From the NCBI GenBank assembly GCA_040752415.1, contig JBFMGU010000029.1, forward strand, positions 1 through 58,528: a stretch of DNA of 58,528 nt. The letters are read 5' to 3'. The position numbers and the translations under genes were made by a program. Below the pieces are notes generated by a model, which had not been told where the DNA came from, did no database searches, and worked only from the letters and a program-made list of their open reading frames with translations. The stretch is from Myxococcota bacterium (GTDB taxonomy: Bacteria; Myxococcota; JACRCW01). Numbering within the stretch: the stretch's first letter is position 1; each line of letters starts with the position of its first letter. Shown piece by piece: positions 18,762 through 25,888 of this stretch.

Positions 18762-21272
18762 TCAGGGGACGCGCAGCACGTCAAACCGCACCCGGCGCGC
18801 GCGTGTGCCCGTCGTCGTCACGGTCACGTCGTGCACGCGCAGTGACGCATCCGTGCCCAGCTCCGTGTTCACCCGCAACCGCTGCACATCCCCTGACGCG
18901 CCGTCCACCACGCACCGCGCGCACGTCTTGAGGTCCGCCTCCGTCACCGTGGTCACGTCGGCGGGAAGGCCGGTGTCATCCGCGTGCCGCTCCGCCGTCA
19001 GCCGCGTGCCGTCCTGCAACACCACCTCCGCGCGCCCGCCCGGCGTCAGCGCCACCACCACGTCCAGCACGTCCGCCACGTCGTCGACCGTCACCACGCT
19101 GGGCTCCTCCGCCGGCGCCAGCGTCTCCACGGTGTCATCCAGCAGCGGCAGCACCTGGTTGGCCACCAAGAGCAGCGGGAGCTTCTCCACCGGCGCGGGA
19201 ATCTGCGCGCGCATGCCGCCGCGGTAGACCTTGTGATCGTCGAGGTCCACGTAGGTCCCCGGCGGCAGCCACGCGTCCCGCACCGTCACCCCACGACGCA
19301 CCACCGGCAGCGCATACAACGCCGGTCCCAGGAAGAACGCGTCCTCCACCAGCCACGCCTCGGGATCCTTCGGATGCAGCAGGAAGGGATGACGCATCAG
19401 CGGCACGCCGCGCGCGTGCGACTCCTCGGCGAGCACCAGGAAGTACGGCTGCAGCCGGGTGTGCAGCAGCGCCATGCGACGGTACTGCTCGATGGTGTCC
19501 TCGTCGTCCCAGAGGAACCACTTGGGCCGCTCTCCGTCCAGCGGATGGAAGCAGCGGTCCTGGTCCATCATGATCGGCGAGACCGCGCCCATCTGCGTCC
19601 AGCGCACGAACAGCTCCTTGTCGCGCGCCACGCCCTCGTTGAGGCACTTGTAGCCGCCCACGTCGCTGCCCCAGTACGGGACCCCGGACAGACCCAGGTT
19701 CAATCCTCCGCGCAACATGCCCGGCACGCCCTGCGTGTTGTCGAAGGAAGCCTCCGGGTCACCGCTCCACACCGCCGGTGCATAGGCCTGCGTGCCGGTG
19801 TAGCCGGAGCGGACGAAGAACAGGTGATCATCCGGTCGCTCGACGGAGAGGAGCTCGTGGGCGGCCTTGGCGGAGAGCACGGGGTAGAGGTTGTGCCACG
19901 CGTCGCCGTAGGTTCCGTCGTGGAACACGCTGTCGCGGTCGGTGTACTCGCCAAAGTCGTGCATCCACCCGTCGTAGCCCAGCGCCAGCGCGCGACGCAG
20001 CAGGGTGTGGAACCACTGCACGCCGGCCTCGAAGCTCAGGTCGATCGCGGCGATCTGTTGACCCTCGCCGGAGATGAAGAACGTGAGCGCGGGATCACCG
20101 TTGAGGTCCTTGATGAACAGCCCGTGGTCGCGCCCGTACGCATAGTCCTCCGCGCCGCGCGGATTGCTCTGCGAGACGTACGGATTGTAGTAGCCCATCA
20201 CCTTGAAGCCGTTGCGGTGCAGCGTGCTCGTCCACTCCTGCAGCTCCGACTCAATCCCCAGCTCGGAACGGTGCGGCAGGAAGTGCACCGCGTCGTCGAT
20301 GCCGGTGATGGGGATGTTGCGCTGGCGCATGGCCTGCCACTCCGGGACGCCCTCACGCATGGCGCCGCGGTTGATGCGACGGCGATTCCCGAACACCCAC
20401 GGCGCCGGCACCACGGGACGACCGGTGTCGGCGGTGAACTGGTCCAACGTGTCGAGCGGAGAGTCGTTCACGTAGATGGTGGCGCGCAGCTCATGGTGGT
20501 TCACCGCCAGGCGCCACGCGTCCGACTGCTCACTGCCCAAGTGCACCTCGCTGCGGTACGTGGTGTCGACGTGCATCCCGTAACCCGCCGACGAGTGGAA
20601 GAACGGGACGGGGAAGTACGTCATGGATGGTCCGTTGGGACCGGGGTTGTGCGGCCCGGGAGGCACATCCTCACCCGCGCCGGTGCCGGCCTCCTCCGCC
20701 CACGCGTAGAGCGAGAAGCCACGGTGATCCACGCTGGCGTAGCGCTCGCCCAACCCGAAGAAGTGCTCATCCGCGGGAAGCGCGAACGCCAGCGTCGACT
20801 TGTTGAGCCGCGGGTGGGGCTGGCCGTCATTGCCCAGGGCGCGCGCATGCAGCTTCACGCGCGGGCCGTCGACCGCGACGTCGACCAGCAGGACCCCGTC
20901 GGACAGCTTCAGCTCCAACGTGGCGGCGTTGTCCGAGCGTGAGCGCGCGGTGGCCTCGGTGGTGCGCTGCCAGGGGTCCTCGTTGGCCTTGTAGCCGTCC
21001 CAGCCGGGAATCAGCGCGCTCTCCACCGTGAACCGATCCAGCGTGGCCGCGGGCGTACCGTAGGGCGTGGTCCCGCCGCCGGAGAGCGTGCGCAGCCGCG
21101 CGTTTCCCGCGCCATCCACGACGACAAGCTCGAACGGGCTCAACTGCACCCGCACCCCCGCGACGCCGCTGTTCAGCGTGAAGTTGTTCTCCGGCTGTGG
21201 CTGCGTCTGCGGCGGGCACGCCACGACGAGCGGAAGCAGGACCACGAGGGAGGAAAGGGAATGGATGCGCAT
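18762..21272 (-). CDS. Glycoside hydrolase family 31 lipoprotein
   Basis: FFGLGER, nucleophile motif GWMHDFGE, VWSGD, GSDVGGY, GVPLMRHPFL; lipobox LVVAC; GAGG before ATG 21272. Confidence 0.9.
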   Translation of the reverse strand: MRIHSLSSLVVLLPLVVACPPQTQPQPENNFTLNSGVAGVRVQLSPFELVVVDGAGNARLRTLSGGGTTPYGTPAATLDRFTVESALIPGWDGYKANEDPWQRTTEATARSRSDNAATLELKLSDGVLLVDVAVDGPRVKLHARALGNDGQPHPRLNKSTLAFALPADEHFFGLGERYASVDHRGFSLYAWAEEAGTGAGEDVPPGPHNPGPNGPSMTYFPVPFFHSSAGYGMHVDTTYRSEVHLGSEQSDAWRLAVNHHELRATIYVNDSPLDTLDQFTADTGRPVVPAPWVFGNRRRINRGAMREGVPEWQAMRQRNIPITGIDDAVHFLPHRSELGIESELQEWTSTLHRNGFKVMGYYNPYVSQSNPRGAEDYAYGRDHGLFIKDLNGDPALTFFISGEGQQIAAIDLSFEAGVQWFHTLLRRALALGYDGWMHDFGEYTDRDSVFHDGTYGDAWHNLYPVLSAKAAHELLSVERPDDHLFFVRSGYTGTQAYAPAVWSGDPEASFDNTQGVPGMLRGGLNLGLSGVPYWGSDVGGYKCLNEGVARDKELFVRWTQMGAVSPIMMDQDRCFHPLDGERPKWFLWDDEDTIEQYRRMALLHTRLQPYFLVLAEESHARGVPLMRHPFLLHPKDPEAWLVEDAFFLGPALYALPVVRRGVTVRDAWLPPGTYVDLDDHKVYRGGMRAQIPAPVEKLPLLLVANQVLPLLDDTVETLAPAEEPSVVTVDDVADVLDVVVALTPGGRAEVVLQDGTRLTAERHADDTGLPADVTTVTEADLKTCARCVVDGASGDVQRLRVNTELGTDASLRVHDVTVTTTGTRARRVRFDVLRVP

Positions 21273-21334
21273 CGGGACCTCTTGCCACGTCGGCCACGGG
21301 AACGCCACAGGGCCCCAGCCTCGTCGTTGCCAGC

Positions 21335-22741
21335 CTAGAGCAGTGCGGCATCCGCGTCGTCAGCCACCGCGGGCAGGTCCTCCCGCAGCGTGACATCCAT
21401 GCGCCGACCACACACGTGGCATTCCACCGACTCCGCGCTCCCCACGACGTCATCCAGCCCCAGCCGAATCACCTGACCGGGCTCACGAATGCCATACGCG
21501 TGGCTCCCGTCGGGAAGCTGCCGCGCCACGTTTCCTCCGAGCAGGCACGTGGTCCCTTCGTCGATAACACGTTGAAACCAGGTGCTCGGTTGTGGTGAGC
21601 ACAGCTCCAGCGCACATCGCGCCAACACCTCCGCGGCTCGAGCGGTTTCAATGCGCGTGGCCGGCTCCGCCACGAGGTCCCTGTAAGCCTGGTTTCGCCG
21701 CGCTTCGTCCATGGGCTGGTAGAGGAAGTTGGCCACCTCGTTGTCCATGGGCGCGGGCTCCGGCGTTCCACGATAGAGATGTCCGCGGAAGCAGTGGAGG
21801 CAGGGTGTGCCCAGTGCGGGAGACACCACGCTGACCTCGAAGTAGCGCGCCTGCGGGTAGCAACACGCGGCGACGTGCGGGATGCGCAGACGCCAAAGAA
21901 GCTCACCAATCATGCCGTGGTGATGCGTGCCGGTGGCCAGCAGCACGACGTCAGGAGGGTCGCCGCGCAACAACGCCTCCAGCGCGCCAAGCTCCTCCGC
22001 CTCCACGCGCGCCTTCCACGACCTCACCCGCTCCGACGCCAGACGCCGCTCGAGCGCTTCCACCTTGGGCACTCCGACCTCGTCGGCGCCGAACCACTGA
22101 CGCGCGAGGTTGAAGACGGTCACCCGCGACTCGTCGATGAGCGTCCAACGTGCGCCATGCCCGGTCAGCGCGCGGATGGCTTCGCTGCCCAGGCTTCCAC
22201 AGCCGATGACCACGAGGTGACGCCCGCGCAGCGACGAGAAATCCACGGATGACGTCGCGACCGGGGTGGGGCGCGGAGAGAAGGGCCACGCGGGGTTGCC
22301 GTGCCACGCGCGTCCGTGCGGCCAGGGAGTCCTTCGCAGCAAGGCGTCGCGGATGGTGCGCGCGACGGTGTAGCTGAGGTCCATCCACGCGAAGGTGTCC
22401 GCCGGGTCCACCACCATCACCACTTCACGACGTTGCGCGTTCCACTCCAACGACGGGGGCTCACCGTGTCCTGGGGCCCGCGTGAGGATGCGGGCATCCA
22501 CCGTGGGGGCCGCGGCACGCAGTGGTTGGAAGGGTTGCTTCCACTGGAGGTGCTCCACCAGGTGCATGAGCGTCTCCGGCTGGGTGACAACAACGTGCTG
22601 CAACATGCACGACGCGAGCATCTCCACGACGAGCAGCGTCCGCCTGGCGTCATCCACCAGCACCGCGTGCTCCGAGAGACCCTTTCCCAACAGAGGACGC
22701 ACACGGGCGAAGTAGTCCTCCGCGAGGGCGTGGTTGTTCAT
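21335..22741 (-). CDS. E1-like ThiF/MoeB adenylyltransferase with N-terminal degenerate adenylation-like domain and Zn-binding CxxC pairs
   Basis: VVIGCGSLGS, LID..RV...NLARQ, VGVPKV, TPCLHC and ECHVC. Confidence 0.88.
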   Translation of the reverse strand: MNNHALAEDYFARVRPLLGKGLSEHAVLVDDARRTLLVVEMLASCMLQHVVVTQPETLMHLVEHLQWKQPFQPLRAAAPTVDARILTRAPGHGEPPSLEWNAQRREVVMVVDPADTFAWMDLSYTVARTIRDALLRRTPWPHGRAWHGNPAWPFSPRPTPVATSSVDFSSLRGRHLVVIGCGSLGSEAIRALTGHGARWTLIDESRVTVFNLARQWFGADEVGVPKVEALERRLASERVRSWKARVEAEELGALEALLRGDPPDVVLLATGTHHHGMIGELLWRLRIPHVAACCYPQARYFEVSVVSPALGTPCLHCFRGHLYRGTPEPAPMDNEVANFLYQPMDEARRNQAYRDLVAEPATRIETARAAEVLARCALELCSPQPSTWFQRVIDEGTTCLLGGNVARQLPDGSHAYGIREPGQVIRLGLDDVVGSAESVECHVCGRRMDVTLREDLPAVADDADAALL

Positions 22742-23604
22742 GCAGCCTCCACGACGCCACGGGGCAGGCTCAGCACCTCCGTGGCGTCACAGCGGAAGGA
22801 AACATCAAGGCGTTGCACCTGTCCGGTCCGGCTGTTCACGAGATGGTACCGGGGCGCGGTCGACGGGAAATCCATGGGAAACAGCACCACCAGCACGCGC
22901 TGGCCGTCTACGCGGATCTTGGCACGGACCCATCCGTCAAAGAGCTCGTCCACACGCGGGGTGAGTCCATGACGTCGGAGCTGTTGCCTCCACCGACGGA
23001 GCAGGAAGCGCGCAGGCGTCCGCTGCAGGGAGAGGTGTCGCGCGCGGACCACGGCGTCGTCGTTGTCCGCAACCACCTCCGCATTTCCCAGCTCCACCAC
23101 CCGCTCGCGCGCGTCCATGGCGAAACACGGGAGCAGCCACCCGCGTTGGTCCCTGGAGCGACAGGCGATGAAGCTGAACGAGACCTGCAGTCCCGCGTCG
23201 ACGTTGCGTCGCAGGAGCGGAACCATGTGGCCATGGACGTCGCCGCCGGAGGGCCACGTCTGCTCCGTGGCGAAGGGGTGCGAGTGCAGATACGCGGCGG
23301 CGCGCAACCTGGGATGACGACGGACCAAGGGTACCACCACGCCATCCGCCCATGCATCCGCCTGGGGAAGCGCCAGCACGCGCGCCGCGCTGTTGTGTTG
23401 CAGGCGCGGAGGAAGGCAGCGCGCTTCCGCCAGCACCACCGTGGCGACGTCGAGCAGGCCAACCGGGGAACACGGATTGGCGTGGGAGTCCCGGAGGTCC
23501 AGCGCCACCAGGGGAAGCAACACGCCCTCCAACGGAGCCACGCGGTCCAGCTCCGTGGTGATGGCGTTCCAACAACTGCGCGCAACCACGACGCGGGGTC
23601 CCAT
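22738..23604 (-). CDS. JAB/MPN metallopeptidase fused to a C-terminal E2/RWD-like segment
   Basis: Start reset to ATG 23604 (MGPRVVVARSCW). N-terminal Glu (PLEGVL), HSHP-x8-SGGD, C-terminal VLFPMDFPSTAPRY. ATGA overlap with the E1 gene. Confidence 0.8.
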   Translation of the reverse strand: MGPRVVVARSCWNAITTELDRVAPLEGVLLPLVALDLRDSHANPCSPVGLLDVATVVLAEARCLPPRLQHNSAARVLALPQADAWADGVVVPLVRRHPRLRAAAYLHSHPFATEQTWPSGGDVHGHMVPLLRRNVDAGLQVSFSFIACRSRDQRGWLLPCFAMDARERVVELGNAEVVADNDDAVVRARHLSLQRTPARFLLRRWRQQLRRHGLTPRVDELFDGWVRAKIRVDGQRVLVVLFPMDFPSTAPRYHLVNSRTGQVQRLDVSFRCDATEVLSLPRGVVEAA

Positions 23605-23606
23605 GA

Positions 23607-24299
23607 TCAGCTCACCATGGCAAACGCGTTCTTCTTGCCGTTGGCGTAGTTGAGGAACTTGATGACGTGGGGATAAGCGCGCTGCTGCAACACCTCGCGA
23701 CACGTCATCTGCGCGTACCACTCTCCCGCCGCGAACAGGCACATGCGGCCCAGGCCAATCATGTGGAACTCGTGGCTGTACTCGGCGCGCGGAACGCCGG
23801 GGATGTCGCGGAACTCCGGCAGGTAGAACACGTCGGGCGGACGGCTCGGGAAGTCGCCCGGGTACGTCGCCACCAACGGGACCAGCACGTAGTTGCCCAG
23901 TCCCTCGCGGTGCCCCACGACGTGCTGTCGCGGCGGGCGGGCCAACAACGCGTCCTTGATGCGCGTGAGCCCGTCGATGCCAACCGGGGGCATGACGCCG
24001 AACCAGCCGGTGCGAAGGCCATTGGGAAGGTCCTGGAAGCGCTTGCCACACTGCACGCAGCGGGTGCCGTCGTCGAAGACGATGAGTCCCTGGCACGCGT
24101 GGCAGCGCACCGCCTGCCCGTCATGGGTGAGCGTGAGGAGCCACCGTGGAAAATGCGTGGCCATCTCCCGCGCCTCGCGCGTCATGCGCTCCACGGGAAT
24201 GCCGGCCAACCGCGCCGCGGCCACCAGGTCCACGGACCAGCGCTTGTGCATCACCAGGTCACCCTGCTTGAACGGGAACATCTGCTCCACGGTGTCCAT
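23607..24299 (-). CDS. E2 (ubiquitin-conjugating enzyme-like) protein with inserted Zn ribbon
   Basis: YPGDFPSRPPDVFY...H..HMIGLGRMCLF...W matches the UBC core with its catalytic Cys; CHAC...CVQC Zn ribbon; GGAG RBS. Confidence 0.8.
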   Translation of the reverse strand: MDTVEQMFPFKQGDLVMHKRWSVDLVAAARLAGIPVERMTREAREMATHFPRWLLTLTHDGQAVRCHACQGLIVFDDGTRCVQCGKRFQDLPNGLRTGWFGVMPPVGIDGLTRIKDALLARPPRQHVVGHREGLGNYVLVPLVATYPGDFPSRPPDVFYLPEFRDIPGVPRAEYSHEFHMIGLGRMCLFAAGEWYAQMTCREVLQQRAYPHVIKFLNYANGKKNAFAMVS

Positions 24300-24311
24300 G
24301 ACGTCGTCTCC

Positions 24312-24611
24312 TCAGGCAAAGGTGGCGCGCTCGAGGCTGATGCGCGTCTTCTCCGTGGTGCGCGTGGGCCGGTCGGAGAGCAGGTCGGACGCGGGCGTGG
24401 CCTCGGCGCGGGCTTCCACCTCGGGCGCGCTAAGCACCTGTCCGTCGGATTGAAAGATTCCGTCGCCACGGTCCAGGTAGGTGCGGTGGGTCTGGGGACA
24501 GAACATGCGCGTGGGACCAAGCTGGACGTGGTGGACCAGCTCACGCGGGTCCGCGCAGCAGCTGCAGGGAGCGTGGATGACACCGGCAACAACGGGCTGA
24601 AGCGCTTTCAT
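24312..24611 (-). CDS. Small Zn-finger protein (99 aa) with low-complexity tail ending ERATFA
   Basis: AAGGAGA RBS; CSCC-x16-C motif; fills the operon gap exactly. Confidence 0.8.
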   Translation of the reverse strand: MKALQPVVAGVIHAPCSCCADPRELVHHVQLGPTRMFCPQTHRTYLDRGDGIFQSDGQVLSAPEVEARAEATPASDLLSDRPTRTTEKTRISLERATFA

Positions 24612-24622
24612 GGGTGTTCTCC

Positions 24623-25828
24623 TTAGCGACGTCCACGGGAGACGCCGCTGGCACAGATGTCCGCGAGGCCAGCGTCGAGGAGCTCGTCGATGGCGGCGGC
24701 ATCAAAGATGGGGGCGCTGGGAACCAGGACGTACGTGCCGTCCTCTCCCTCGGAGCGCCGGTGGATCTCGTTGGACTTGCTGCAGCGCACCGAGCCGTCC
24801 GGGTTGCGCAGCAGCGGTCGACGAGGACGGCAGCACTGGCACAGGCCATGTGGCAGGTCCTCGATGAGCATGTGCGTGGACTGGCCCGGCATGCGGATGT
24901 GCTCCTTGCCGGAATGCGCGCAGCGCAGGGAGTCCGATCCCAGGTCCTGGATGAGCAGCTTGCGCGGGAGGCAGCACCGGCACGTGCCGAAGCGCAGCCG
25001 CGCCACGTCGAGATAGTCGCCGCGGTGGTTGGCAATGAACTCCGCGTGGCAGCTCCGACAACGCAGCGTGTAGTCCCGCCACTCCGTGGGCCCGCGACAC
25101 CGCCCACAGGTGATTTGCACCGCCGTCTCACCCGTCGCGCCCTCGCCAAACACGTCGAGCTCCGGCGCCAGCGAGAGACACGGGTACACGAGGTGGCGCT
25201 GCGGATGCGCGCGGTTGGCTTCCCGTTCCTGGCCCTGCGGCGCGGGCGTGCAGACCACGGTGCACGGCGCACTGTGCGTGAGCGCGAACCGGGCGCGTGC
25301 GGTCAGCGTGTAGGTCACGTCGTTGGTGAGCTGGGGGCACCGGCCGGCGTCGAGGGTGAAGCTGCGCACCTCCGGCTCCAGCTCGTAGGTGGCCAGCAAC
25401 GTCGTCTCCCGACGCAGGTCCAGCACCACCTTGTCGACGAAGCCGGTACCGAGCTGCCAATAGAGCGTGAGCCGACGGTCCTGCGGCATCACCATGAGGC
25501 GGCTCAGCGTGGCGAGGTGCGCGGTGATCCCTTCGCCGTCGTCATTGACCACGTCGAAGCCGGCGCGCGGCGTGGCGGAGAGCCAGGGTGAGCAGACCTG
25601 TTGCCCATTGCGCGCGGCCATCACCGCAAAGCGGTAGCGCTGGTGACGTCCGAGGTTGGCGAAGCGGTACTTGCGCGTTCCCCCGTCGAGCTTGAGGGTG
25701 GTGAAGCCGGGTTTGGCGCCGGTGCGGATGGCCAGCAGCCAGTAGCTCTGGAACTTCCCGGTGCGCGGCGCCCATTCCAGGGCCACCTGGCCGTCGTCGA
25801 CAATCCGGGCGGAGAGGTCAAGGGACAT
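24623..25828 (-). CDS. Two fibronectin type-III-like domains plus three C-terminal Zn-finger modules
   Basis: VALEWAP...YRFANLG..QRYRFAVMAA; LTLYWQ...LTNDVTYTLTA; CGRC/CRSC, CRCC..C and CQCC..C; GGAG RBS. Confidence 0.78.
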   Translation of the reverse strand: MSLDLSARIVDDGQVALEWAPRTGKFQSYWLLAIRTGAKPGFTTLKLDGGTRKYRFANLGRHQRYRFAVMAARNGQQVCSPWLSATPRAGFDVVNDDGEGITAHLATLSRLMVMPQDRRLTLYWQLGTGFVDKVVLDLRRETTLLATYELEPEVRSFTLDAGRCPQLTNDVTYTLTARARFALTHSAPCTVVCTPAPQGQEREANRAHPQRHLVYPCLSLAPELDVFGEGATGETAVQITCGRCRGPTEWRDYTLRCRSCHAEFIANHRGDYLDVARLRFGTCRCCLPRKLLIQDLGSDSLRCAHSGKEHIRMPGQSTHMLIEDLPHGLCQCCRPRRPLLRNPDGSVRCSKSNEIHRRSEGEDGTYVLVPSAPIFDAAAIDELLDAGLADICASGVSRGRR

Positions 25829-25888
25829 GGTAGCTCCGTGCTCCGCGGGACGCGCGGAACCTGGTTCCTTCCGACGTGGCTCACGGGT

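Noticed and set aside
23605..24096. Track's 5' extension of the JAB ORF (22738-24096)
   Set aside because: It overlaps the E2 gene in another frame; ATG 23604, 2 bp after the E2 stop, is the sensible start.
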